A stretch of 64,000 nucleotides of DNA, taken from Candidatus Poribacteria bacterium (GTDB lineage Bacteria; Poribacteria; WGA-4E; WGA-3G). Of the stretch, positions 18,569-30,551 are shown one piece after another. The number at the start of each line of letters is the position of its first letter. Position 1 is the first letter of the stretch. The stretch lies in NCBI GenBank assembly GCA_965214095.1, contig OZ243938.1, forward strand, positions 937,511 through 1,001,510. Reading direction: 5' to 3'. The translations under genes were made by a program, and so were the position numbers. The notes under the pieces are model-generated. The model did not search any database. It was given only the letters and a program-made list of their open reading frames with translations, and had not been told where the DNA came from.

Positions 18569-19540
18569 ATGATTAAAATAGGTGTTATCGGCGTAGGGGG
18601 CATGGGAAATGGACACTGCAACTCGCTCCCGAATGTAGAAAACTGTGAATTTGTAGGTGTTGCTGACTTGCGGCTTGATGCTGCACAAGCAGTTGCAGAA
18701 AAGCACAACATCAAGGCATTCCAAGACTATCATGAACTCCTTGCGCTCGTTGATGGTGTTGTTATTGCCACACCACCTGTCGCACATACCAAAGTTGTCG
18801 TTGATGCTGCAGAAGCAGGGGTTCATGCCTTCTGTGAAAAGCCATTATCATTGACACTTGATGAATCTGACGAGATGATTGCTGCACATGATAAAGCAAG
18901 TACACATCTGATGGTCGGACAAGTTCTTCGTTTTTATCCTGTGCATGAACTCGGTAGAAAGATGGTGGATGATGGCGAAATTGGCGATGTTGTCTATATT
19001 GAAACAGATTATACTGGTCCCTACAATGCTCCACGCAATCGTCCAGAGAGTTGGTATGGCACTGTGGGTGGATTGTTAGAAAATGGCATTCACAAATCCG
19101 ATTTAATCAACTGGTTCGGTGGTACGCCACTCACCGTTGCTGCGGAAGTTGGTAGTTTTTCTGGACATGACGACTGGGAGGATTATACCGTCTCCCTTAT
19201 CAGATACGATACAGATGTAGTCGGTATCCTCAGATGGGGTGGTTTTCTTGGTGCGCGTGGCACAAACGATACTATTATTGATGGTTCTGAGGGGTCACTC
19301 CGTCTTGACATGGGAGCGGATGTTGCTTACATCAAAAGGCGCGGAAGCGGCGACTGGGAAGAGGTCGTTCCTGATCGTTCTGGACCGAGTCACGTTGTCG
19401 GTGAACTGACACATTTTGTTGAATGTATCCGTGATAACAAGACACCGATAATTGACGGTAGGGGTGGGAAAGATGCCGTTGCTGTAGTTTTAGCTACATA
19501 TCAATCAGCAAAAGAGAAGACGAAGGTATCTCTCGTTTAG
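18569..19540 (+). CDS. Gfo/Idh/MocA-family NAD(P)-dependent oxidoreductase
   Basis: IKIGVIGVGGMGNGH Rossmann N-terminus and an EKP motif (FCEKPLSLT). Confidence 0.8.
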   Translation: MIKIGVIGVGGMGNGHCNSLPNVENCEFVGVADLRLDAAQAVAEKHNIKAFQDYHELLALVDGVVIATPPVAHTKVVVDAAEAGVHAFCEKPLSLTLDESDEMIAAHDKASTHLMVGQVLRFYPVHELGRKMVDDGEIGDVVYIETDYTGPYNAPRNRPESWYGTVGGLLENGIHKSDLINWFGGTPLTVAAEVGSFSGHDDWEDYTVSLIRYDTDVVGILRWGGFLGARGTNDTIIDGSEGSLRLDMGADVAYIKRRGSGDWEEVVPDRSGPSHVVGELTHFVECIRDNKTPIIDGRGGKDAVAVVLATYQSAKEKTKVSLV

Positions 19541-19610
19541 GCAACTTCAGCAAACTATAGGGATGATCTTCATCCCTATAGTTACAATATTCCCGTTAGG
19601 AGACCCACAG

Positions 19611-21590
19611 ATGAAAAGGACGTTGTTTACAGGTTTCTTATCTCTATTTGTTTTTTTAACCTTCTATTTACCTCTTGTTCATGCCCAGGATTACACAGAA
19701 TGGGAGTTACCTGAAGGTGCAATAGCACGTCTTGGTAAAGGTAGTATTCGTGATATGCGATATTCTCCTGATGGCACTCTACTTGCAGTATCCGGTTCTG
19801 TTGGTATTTGGTTATATGACGCGAAAACCTTACAGGAGATAACACTACTTAGAGATGGACCGTATTCTATCTCTCATATATCATTCAGTCCAGATGGAAA
19901 AACACTTGCCAGTGTTAGTTATTATGGTGTAACACTGTGGGATGTTAGTACAAGGAAACGGAAGACAGTGTTAGCAGATTATAAAGCGGGTTCTGATAGT
20001 GCCTTGTTCAGTCCAGATGGGAAGCAACTTGCAAGTATAGATCATCGTAATATTTATATATGGGATATACAAACGGAAACTCAGATACATTCACTCATGG
20101 AGCATCCAGACTCTATTTTCTGCATGTCAATCAGTCCTGATGGTAGGACAATTGCAAGTGGAAGTCGGGATGGAATAATCCGATTATTGGATGTCAACAC
20201 TGGAGAAGAAAAACGGAAACTTATAGGACATACGAAGAGTGTATATTGCATAGCATTTAGTCATGATGGTAAGACAATTGCAAGTGGAGGACAAGATAAT
20301 ACTGTGTGTTTTTGGAATGCAGAAAAAGGTAGTCTCAAATACACATTAAAAGGACATACTGAATCTATTCAAAGTATTTCATTTAGTCTTGATGGCAAGA
20401 CACTCGCCAGTGCAAGTTCAGAACAGACTGTCCGATTTTGGGATATTAGTACAGGCACTCAAGTGAAAGTACTCAACCATACAGATCATGTCAATTATGT
20501 TGCGTTTAGTCCTGATGGTAAAACACTCACCAGTGCGAGTTCACACCATAAAATTCACCTATGGGACACAACGATGTGGCAACAGACAAAATCAGTTAAT
20601 GGACATGGATATTATGTGAATGGAATCTGGTTTAGTCCAGACGGCAAAACCCTTGCGACTTCGGGGTATAACGAAACCGTACGATTATGGAATGTAGAAA
20701 CTGGTAAGAATATAAGAGACCTTACGCATCAACACTTATTTGAAGACCATTCGGAAAAGCAAATTTATATTGAAAGTGTAGCGTTCAGTTCTGATGGCCG
20801 CACACTTGCGACTGCGAGCGGATATAATGATAGACATTCGGGTAGAATACAAATGGATAAGTATCAAGACGGAAGCAAGTTCATCAATCTATGGGATATA
20901 CAAACCGGAACACTTGTAAGAATACTGAAAGGACATAAGGGTTATGTTGAGAGTATTGCCTTCAGTCCAGATGGAGATACACTGGCAAGTGGGAGTGGCG
21001 ACAAGACGATTCGACTGTGGGACATGACCACACGAAAACATCGGCAGACGCTAACAGGACATTCCGATAGTGTGACAAGTTTGCAGTTTAGTTCGGATGG
21101 TGAGTTACTTGCGAGTGGTGGTCAGGATGGTAGCATACTTCTGTGGAACTTGAACACTGGAGAACACCTGCAAACAGTTATCGGACATGTTGGTGAGATC
21201 TATACTATTACATTCAGCGCGGATGGAAGAACGTTTGCGAGCACAGGTGAGGACAGTACCCTCCGATTCTGGGATCTAAACACTTATGAGCCCCAACGCG
21301 GACTTACCGCGTATAAGGGAACTCTTTGGAATGTACTCTTCAGAAGCGATGGAACAACAATTGTCACTGAAACCGGAGAGGGATTTACTCGCAATGATCT
21401 GTGGAGAAAAATACGGCTCTGGGATTTTGTCAAAGGTCAGCAAATTAAGACAATTCATGAGAATTATTCAAGTATTTGGAGTATTGTCTTCAGTCCTGAT
21501 GGAAAGTTAATGGCAAGTGGAGGGATGGATTGCACAGTATTTCTGTGGGATCTCTCAGTTTTACTTAACACCGACAATATAGTAAAATGA
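19611..21590 (+). CDS. Exported WD40-repeat beta-propeller protein (660 aa). Start taken at MKRTLF with AGGAGA 10 nt upstream.
   Basis: N-terminal signal/TM segment and at least 12 WD40 repeats (SPDGKTLAS...IRLWD pattern). Confidence 0.75.
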   Translation: MKRTLFTGFLSLFVFLTFYLPLVHAQDYTEWELPEGAIARLGKGSIRDMRYSPDGTLLAVSGSVGIWLYDAKTLQEITLLRDGPYSISHISFSPDGKTLASVSYYGVTLWDVSTRKRKTVLADYKAGSDSALFSPDGKQLASIDHRNIYIWDIQTETQIHSLMEHPDSIFCMSISPDGRTIASGSRDGIIRLLDVNTGEEKRKLIGHTKSVYCIAFSHDGKTIASGGQDNTVCFWNAEKGSLKYTLKGHTESIQSISFSLDGKTLASASSEQTVRFWDISTGTQVKVLNHTDHVNYVAFSPDGKTLTSASSHHKIHLWDTTMWQQTKSVNGHGYYVNGIWFSPDGKTLATSGYNETVRLWNVETGKNIRDLTHQHLFEDHSEKQIYIESVAFSSDGRTLATASGYNDRHSGRIQMDKYQDGSKFINLWDIQTGTLVRILKGHKGYVESIAFSPDGDTLASGSGDKTIRLWDMTTRKHRQTLTGHSDSVTSLQFSSDGELLASGGQDGSILLWNLNTGEHLQTVIGHVGEIYTITFSADGRTFASTGEDSTLRFWDLNTYEPQRGLTAYKGTLWNVLFRSDGTTIVTETGEGFTRNDLWRKIRLWDFVKGQQIKTIHENYSSIWSIVFSPDGKLMASGGMDCTVFLWDLSVLLNTDNIVK

Positions 21591-22069
21591 AACTGTGGTA
21601 TTAGATGTGAGAATAGACTGACACGATAACCGATAAAAGATTGTATTGCAAGGAGACTTACTAGTCATAGTACCCAAACCTAAAGGGTTGGGCTTGTGCT
21701 TCATAGACGTTGCGTTTCACCAAAAGGATCATCCGTCTTATTTCGTCTCCACAGTGGGTTCTAAGCAACCTCACTTGCTCTAAAAGAGCAACTTATTATT
21801 TGAGAGTGTGTTTTTCGGACTGGGTTTTTTACCTCCCATGTCCCTACCACTCAATTGTTATGTGTCTATGGTAGTGAGAGCGTATATGTTTTTCAGTTTT
21901 ATGCTCCGCAACATATAGCACCAAAGACTGCGGACAACCTCACACACGACTGCGTGTGATTGAACTTTCCGAATATATTTTAGCAAGTTTGACATTTATT
22001 GTCAAGAAAAACATAGGAGCGGGCATTCCTCCCAAACCTAAAGGATTGGGAGGAATGCCCGAAGATTAG

Positions 22070-24184
22070 ATGAAAAAAACGCTGGTAATTTCTCTTATGA
22101 TTCTCAGTATTGTTTCCATTTTTGGAGTGATTAGGTTCGTATTGATACGTGAATCAACCGAAACAGAGATTATTCCCACAGATTCACCTCAGTTTCAACT
22201 CCCCGATGGAGTAAGAGCACGTATAGGTAGAGGCAGAATAAATAAGATGGCGTTATCACCAGACAACAATGTATTAGCCGTTGCTTCAGTTATAGGGATT
22301 TGGTTGTATGATGTGCAGAGCGGCGACGCGCTTACATTATTGATGGCACATACTTCCAACGTCAATACGATAGCGTTCAGTCCAAATTCAAATATCCTTG
22401 CAAGTGGGAGTACCGATAAGATTGTTCGTTTATGGGACATTAGTACTGGTGAACTTCAGCATGCCTTTGTTGGACACGCTGGTGGGGTCTTTGATATTGC
22501 GTTCAGTTCGGATGGAAAAGTGCTTGCCAGTGCCAGTATCCATGAGATTAATCTTTGGGATATAAGTACAAAAACTCACAAACAAAGGGTTAGAAGGTAT
22601 ACTTATAGCGGTACATCTCGGATATCATTCAACAATAGTGACAAACTTATAGTCGCCGAAGTGGATACCAACAAAAACAAGACTATTGAGTTGACAGATC
22701 TTATGTCGGAGTTAACCGAGAACCCGCAAAAGAAGGTATTAGAGGGACAGGAACATCCGGTAAGAGGCGTATCATTTAGTCCAGACGGTGAAATCTTAGT
22801 AAGTGTTGGGATGCGTAAGACATTCCATTTTTGGGATGTCAATACTGGAAAACAGAGGAAAATACTGAATGGTGATACAGATGATGTCTCAGGAGTGTTT
22901 TTCAGCACTGATGGAAAATCATTGGTAACAGTTGACAAAAACAAAGCAATGCATATATGGGATATTGCTACTGGAGAGAAAAGGAGTACCATCAAAGGGA
23001 ATTTCAAATCTTCGCGATTAGTGGACATAATCCATAATGGGGAGTCTATCGTCAGTAAAGATATAAATGGCTCAATCAATTTATGGAACTCTGATAATGC
23101 AATACATCAGAAAACAATCACAGGACATGCCACCTGGAATCATGACGTATTGTTCAATCCAGATGGAAGTATAGTTGCAACACGGGAAGGTTGGCGGAGT
23201 AAAAATATACATTTGTGGGATCTGAACACAGGGAAATATCGAAGTACACTGCTTGGCCATAAGAAGCAGATTTACAGTATTGCCTTTAGTCCGGATGGAA
23301 AAACACTTGCAAGTGGTAGTGCAGACAAAACCATCTACCTATGGGATGTTTTTTCAGGAGAAATGAAGAAGAAAATACGGGGAAATAGACACCCGATTAA
23401 GACAGTTATATTTAGTCCGAATGGTGAGACGCTTGCTGGTGTGGATGTAAAGAATGGGATGTATTTATGGGATGTATCCTCTGGAGCATTGAAAATGGAC
23501 GGTACAACGCGTATCACCGATATTGCATTTAGTCGGGATGGAAAATCCCTTCTGAGTTGGGATTATCAAGGATACTTCACTGTGTGGGATGTTACTACTG
23601 GCAAAGCTAATACAGTCAAGACTCACTATACACGAATTTTATCAAATCAACTTTTTAGTCCAGATGGGAAATCATTTGCAGTATCAACTATTCAATTTAC
23701 CAGAGAACAAGGAAGGATTGTTCAGATTGATTTATGGGATGTTGTTGCTGGACATGTCAAGCATACACTTGTAGGACATACAGATGAGATTTTGTCTTTG
23801 GCTTTCACTCCAAATGGAAAAACATTAGCAAGTGGAAGCAGAGATAAAACAATCCGTTTCTGGGATGTTGCCACTGGTGAACAGGTGCGTATAGTCACGG
23901 ATCCGCGTTGGAATACTGGTCGCCGCAGAGATGAATATGATGTCAGTTACGTTTCTTTTAGTCAGGATGGAGGAACACTTGCCAGTGGACTTTGGGGTGG
24001 TGCCATCTACTTGTGGGACACGGAAACCGGACAGCAAAAGCAGGTTCTCTCTGGACATACGCATGTGATAGTTCAGATTATTTTCGGCGAAGAGGGTCAA
24101 CCTATTGCCAGCAGTAGTATGGATGGTACCATTCTGATATGGGATAATACATCATTTACTGAGGAACTGGATGCAATGAAATAG
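22070..24184 (+). CDS. Exported WD40-repeat beta-propeller protein (704 aa)
   Basis: N-terminal TM helix and repeated FSPDGK.LASGS.DKTI.LWD units. Confidence 0.75.
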   Translation: MKKTLVISLMILSIVSIFGVIRFVLIRESTETEIIPTDSPQFQLPDGVRARIGRGRINKMALSPDNNVLAVASVIGIWLYDVQSGDALTLLMAHTSNVNTIAFSPNSNILASGSTDKIVRLWDISTGELQHAFVGHAGGVFDIAFSSDGKVLASASIHEINLWDISTKTHKQRVRRYTYSGTSRISFNNSDKLIVAEVDTNKNKTIELTDLMSELTENPQKKVLEGQEHPVRGVSFSPDGEILVSVGMRKTFHFWDVNTGKQRKILNGDTDDVSGVFFSTDGKSLVTVDKNKAMHIWDIATGEKRSTIKGNFKSSRLVDIIHNGESIVSKDINGSINLWNSDNAIHQKTITGHATWNHDVLFNPDGSIVATREGWRSKNIHLWDLNTGKYRSTLLGHKKQIYSIAFSPDGKTLASGSADKTIYLWDVFSGEMKKKIRGNRHPIKTVIFSPNGETLAGVDVKNGMYLWDVSSGALKMDGTTRITDIAFSRDGKSLLSWDYQGYFTVWDVTTGKANTVKTHYTRILSNQLFSPDGKSFAVSTIQFTREQGRIVQIDLWDVVAGHVKHTLVGHTDEILSLAFTPNGKTLASGSRDKTIRFWDVATGEQVRIVTDPRWNTGRRRDEYDVSYVSFSQDGGTLASGLWGGAIYLWDTETGQQKQVLSGHTHVIVQIIFGEEGQPIASSSMDGTILIWDNTSFTEELDAMK

Positions 24185-24260
24185 TTTGTCAGTCGGACGA
24201 ATAATAGACATACAAGGTGATGCGAGAAACTGGCAGTATTTCTTGGTGGTTAAAAGCAAA

Positions 24261-24285
24261 GGGCAGACGCGATGTCTGCCCTTTT
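24261..24285. terminator. Bidirectional intrinsic terminator between the convergent WD40 gene and the 5S rRNA
   Basis: GGGCAGAC-GCGAT-GTCTGCCC 8-bp GC-rich stem flanked by TTTT on the plus strand and TTTGCTTTT on the minus strand. Confidence 0.6.
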
Positions 24286-24294
24286 GATAAGTAT

Positions 24295-24410
24295 TCCGGC
24301 AGCGACCTACTTTCCCGCGGGGTTGCCCCCGAAGTATCATCAGCGCTGAAGGGCTTAACTACCGTGTTCGGAATGGGAACGGGTGTGTCCCCTTCGCTGT
24401 AACCACCGGA
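24295..24410 (-). rRNA. rrf: 5S ribosomal RNA
   Basis: The reverse complement reads CCGGTGGTTACAGCGAAGGGGACACACCCGTTCCCATTCCGAACACGGTAGTTAAGCCC...GCTGCCGG with the canonical CCGAACACGG and AGTTAAGC motifs. Confidence 0.85.
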
Positions 24411-24471
24411 AAGGTGTATAATAATATTTGACAAATGAATAGTGTGTGAGGGGTCGGTAGAGAAAAATAAG

Positions 24472-27469
<2,998 letters not shown>

Positions 27470-27567
27470 GGTGATATTTTTCTTTCTACCGATTTACCCT
27501 CTACTATTCATTTTGTCAAAGAACGCCGCCTATATTCTCAGAAATGCGTTGCATTTCATTTAGGCGA

Positions 27568-27640
27568 TGGAGATGAGCGGAGTTGAACCGCTGACCTACT
27601 GCGTGCAAAGCAGTTGCTCTCCCAGCTGAGCTACACCCCC
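27568..27640 (-). tRNA. tRNA-Ala (anticodon UGC), no encoded CCA
   Basis: GGGGGTGTAGCTCAGCTGGGAGAGCAACTGCTTTGCACGCAGTAGGTCAGCGGTTCAACTCCGCTCATCTCCA. Cloverleaf folds with a G3:U70 wobble, the Ala identity element. Confidence 0.8.
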
Positions 27641-27791
27641 TCGCGCCATGTGGTATTCAGTCAACCACGAAATCTGACCTAAGTCAAACCCTTATGATAA
27701 GGTATATTAGTATACTATAGAGTCTATACATAAGTCAAATTTATTTTCAAAGAACGGGATGAAATTTACTTCCATTCCAAAACAGATTCTA

Positions 27792-27820
27792 AGTATAACA
27801 CATTACGTGGTGTATGTCAA
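27792..27820 (-). promoter_or_regulatory. Sigma70-type promoter for the tRNA-Ala-23S-5S operon (TTGACA-17-TATACT on the minus strand). A weaker second candidate lies about 35 bp upstream.
   Basis: Reverse complement of TGTCAA at 27815..27820 and AGTATA at 27792..27797, spacer 17 nt. About 150 nt upstream of the tRNA. Confidence 0.5.
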
Positions 27821-27897
27821 ATATATTTTACAAAAAATACAACAAATTTGTCAATTTTATTGTAAAGTTCTATAAACCTGCTTGAATTCAATAGGGT

Positions 27898-27926
27898 TTG
27901 ACTTTTCTATCAATATACATTATAAT
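27898..27926 (+). promoter_or_regulatory. Perfect-consensus sigma70 promoter TTGACT-17-TATAAT, divergent from the rRNA promoter, driving the 28044..29850 operon
   Basis: TTGACT 27898..27903, 17-nt spacer, TATAAT 27921..27926. AAGGAGA RBS 8 nt before the ATG at 28044. Confidence 0.55.
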
Positions 27927-28043
27927 ATTTCCAAATATCCACATGAATTAAATTTATGTCTAAACTGATGTTATTCAAGAATTTCAAATCAAAGTGAACT
28001 CATATCAACCGGTAATTAGACTAATATACGCAAGGAGAAATAA

Positions 28044-28289
28044 ATGGCAACGATAGTAAGACATAATGCCACTGGAAAAAACTACTGCTTGCTCGGAACA
28101 GGTTTTGGTGCCTATCAATCTAAGAAGCCAAGTATGTTTTTGGGTAATTGGATGGCAGATATTGAGGAAGGTCAATTTGCAATGGCATGTGTCTGTGATA
28201 GTACAGGTAGAGTAAGTTGGGTACAAGCAGAAGATATTACCGTTGTCAGTATTGATGGACAAGATATCAGTAGTCTATCACTTGCATGA
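28044..28289 (+). CDS. Hypothetical 81-aa protein, first gene of the promoter-proximal operon
   Basis: Good RBS and consensus promoter. No family recognised. Confidence 0.5.
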   Translation: MATIVRHNATGKNYCLLGTGFGAYQSKKPSMFLGNWMADIEEGQFAMACVCDSTGRVSWVQAEDITVVSIDGQDISSLSLA

Positions 28290-28334
28290 CTAACTTTCTT
28301 TTGCAACTCACAGGAAAGAAAATATAGTAGATCT

Positions 28335-28395
28335 TGAAGTTACTTGAACACTCTGCATCGGCGAGGTTAGGAAACCTCGCCTACCGTGGGTCGAA
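28335..28395. repeat. Mini-MITE (TIR about TTGAACACT) containing REP hairpin GGCGAGGTT-AGGA-AACCTCGCC. Second copy at 2697..2760.
   Basis: TTGAACACTCTGCATC...GGCGAGGTTAGGAAACCTCGCCTACCG...GAAAGTGTCAA. Confidence 0.55.
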
Positions 28396-28463
28396 AGTGT
28401 CAACTTAAATTTATAATTCACTATAACTAACTGACTTTTTCATGAAAGGAAACTTTTCACCGT

Positions 28464-29042
28464 ATGGATTTACAACAAATTAACGTCAAGGTTTTCGCCA
28501 CCGAAGAAAGCGAAATTAACTACACAAACTTTATCAAAGTTTTCAACCGTTGGATGGAAGAAGCAGACTCCGATGACTACCTTAACTACGCGGATTATTC
28601 ACACGTTGAGGCCGGTCCAGGAGTCCTATTGATTTTGAAACAAGCAAACTATAGTATTGACAATGCCTATCATCAGGCAGGATTTCTATACAACAGAAAG
28701 CATGAAGTAGATGGGGATAACGGAGATAAAATCCGACAAGCACTCACTGAGACCCTTTCTAAGTGTGAACTACTTGAAGCATCTGAAGAATTAGAAAATG
28801 CTATCCAATTCAATGGGACTGAGATACTATTTATGGTAAACAATCGTCATATTGCACCGAACACTGACGAGACTGCAGAAGCAATTCAAGCTGACCTTGA
28901 ACCCGTGCTCAAACAGATGTACGATGGCGATGATTTCACAATTGAACGCACCTCTGATGATGCACGTGAACGTTTCGCAGTGCGTATCTCTGCAAATTCA
29001 TCCAAACCGATATCTGAACTCATCTCCAATCTCGGAGGATAA
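28464..29042 (+). CDS. 192-aa protein ending in Gly-Gly. Putative ubiquitin-like/sulfur-carrier protein with an atypical approx 115-aa N-terminal extension. Translationally coupled to the downstream E1-like gene.
   Basis: C-terminus ...KPISELISNLGG followed immediately by the stop. The last approx 72 aa have a beta-grasp-compatible pattern. Its TAA stop overlaps the GGAGGA RBS of the next gene. Confidence 0.5.
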   Translation: MDLQQINVKVFATEESEINYTNFIKVFNRWMEEADSDDYLNYADYSHVEAGPGVLLILKQANYSIDNAYHQAGFLYNRKHEVDGDNGDKIRQALTETLSKCELLEASEELENAIQFNGTEILFMVNNRHIAPNTDETAEAIQADLEPVLKQMYDGDDFTIERTSDDARERFAVRISANSSKPISELISNLGG

Positions 29043-29043
29043 T

Positions 29044-29850
29044 ATGTTTAACTTTTCCAAAGAACAAATTGAGCGATATAGCCGACATATTATCCTCAAA
29101 GAGGTCGGTGGGATGGGACAGACAAAACTCCTTGAGTCAAAAGTTCTTCTCATCGGGGCAGGTGGACTCGGTTCACCTATTGCTGTCTACCTCGCAGCGG
29201 CTGGAGTCGGTACTCTCGGCATCATTGACGATGATGTCGTTGACCTCAGCAATCTGCAACGTCAAATCCTTCACGGAACAAGTGATATCGGCGTACCTAA
29301 GACAAAATCCGCAGAAGCCACTATCACTGAGATGAACCCTGATGTCAAAGTAATTCCCATCAATGAACGCATCAACTCAGAGAACGTTTTTCAGATATTG
29401 GAACAGTATGATTTAATCGTAGACGGTTGCGATAACTTTCCTACACGTTATTTAATCAACGATGCGTGTGTCATGCTTGGAAAACCGATAGTACACGGCA
29501 GTATTTTCCAGTTTGATGGCCAAGTCACAGTGCTATATCCCGGTAAAGGACCTTGCTATCGATGCATCTTTCCTGAACCACCCCCAGCAGGACTCGCACC
29601 GAGTTGCCAAGAAGCAGGTGTCTTCGGTGTCCTCCCTGGTATCATCGGCACAATTCAGGCAGTTGAAGCAATTAAAATCCTATTAGACATAGGCGATTCA
29701 TTAATTGGCACTCTCCTACTCTTTGATGCGCTAACAATGACATTCAATCGAATGAAACTCCGCCAAGATGAAAACTGCCCAATGTGTGGTGAAAATCCTA
29801 CCATTACAGAACTCATTGATTACGAAGAATTCTGTGAAGTTCAATGGTAG
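29044..29850 (+). CDS. MoeB/ThiF-family E1-like adenylyltransferase
   Basis: RYSRHIIL, GAGGLGS nucleotide loop, active-site Cys in PSCQEAGVFGV, and zinc motifs CYRC and CPMC. The start was reassigned to the ATG at 29044 (the ORF-track 28852 start is a spurious extension). Confidence 0.8.
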   Translation: MFNFSKEQIERYSRHIILKEVGGMGQTKLLESKVLLIGAGGLGSPIAVYLAAAGVGTLGIIDDDVVDLSNLQRQILHGTSDIGVPKTKSAEATITEMNPDVKVIPINERINSENVFQILEQYDLIVDGCDNFPTRYLINDACVMLGKPIVHGSIFQFDGQVTVLYPGKGPCYRCIFPEPPPAGLAPSCQEAGVFGVLPGIIGTIQAVEAIKILLDIGDSLIGTLLLFDALTMTFNRMKLRQDENCPMCGENPTITELIDYEEFCEVQW

Positions 29851-29901
29851 TAAATACAAACATTAACTGGACTTGCATACAAGAAAAGATAGGATGAAAA
29901 C

Positions 29902-30093
29902 ATGGAGGCAAAAATGGTATTGCTATTGGCTTCACTTACATCACTTATAATCTCTATTTTCTTTACAACTTTATTCATACTTATCGTATTAGAACTGAAA
30001 GCTATTTCAAGGTCCTTGTCCAACATTGAGAAATATCTTATCCAATCCAATCGTAAAGATGAAGATAGAAAAACATCCACCCAAGTCTACTGA
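29902..30093 (+). CDS. Possible small membrane protein (63 aa)
   Basis: A single strongly hydrophobic helix and a weak RBS. Uncertain. Confidence 0.25.
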   Translation: MEAKMVLLLASLTSLIISIFFTTLFILIVLELKAISRSLSNIEKYLIQSNRKDEDRKTSTQVY

Positions 30094-30194
30094 TTGCTAA
30101 GATTGATTGTTGGAGAGGGTTTCTAACCCCGATATATCCTAATATCACCTGACATTTCAATGGTATTGCCGAAGGTATATTATGCGGGATATCC

Positions 30195-30365
30195 ATAAGC
30201 GTCAATTTAGCGTCCTTCCAAGTACCGGTAGGTTCGGTTTCCTAACCGAACCGGCTTTGTGCCAAATACCTTCATAGAGGTTCTCGCTTAGGATCCGGTT
30301 CGGTTAGGAAACCGAACCTACCGTCACGGGGAATGAAGCGTAATTCTCCTTAAATTGACGCCTAT
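30195..30365. mobile_element. MITE derived from the IS4-family IS (same TIR, ATAAGCGTCAATTTA / TAAATTGACGCCTAT). It carries an inverted REP doublet (REPIN-like) and is flanked by an approx 22-bp direct repeat.
   Basis: The TIRs match the IS at 6921..8406. Internal CCGGTAGGTTCGGTTTCCTAACCGAACC ... GGTTCGGTTAGGAAACCGAACCTACCG. Flanks GGTATATTATGCGGGATATCC / GGTATATTATGCGTGACATCC. Confidence 0.65.
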
Positions 30366-30551
30366 GGGTATATTATGCGTGACATCCAACAAAATAACGC
30401 TAATAATAGCAACATGGAAGAGAAGTAACTACCATTATAGTTGAACCAAAAACAACATACTCTTAAGAAATAATAGGTCAGTACTCACGCAATTTATTAC
30501 GCCTCGGACATTCTACAACTCCGTTTGAACTGATTATTTCACAATTAAGTC

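Noticed and set aside
27650-28040. Searched for 16S rRNA and tRNA-Ile upstream of tRNA-Ala
   Set aside because: Only AT-rich promoter DNA is present. No 16S-like sequence exists anywhere in the window.
28852-29043. The 332-aa version of the MoeB ORF starting at 28852
   Set aside because: The upstream 64 codons overlap the GG-protein gene in another frame. The conserved MoeB N-terminus begins at MFNFSKEQIERYSRH, with GGAGGA upstream.
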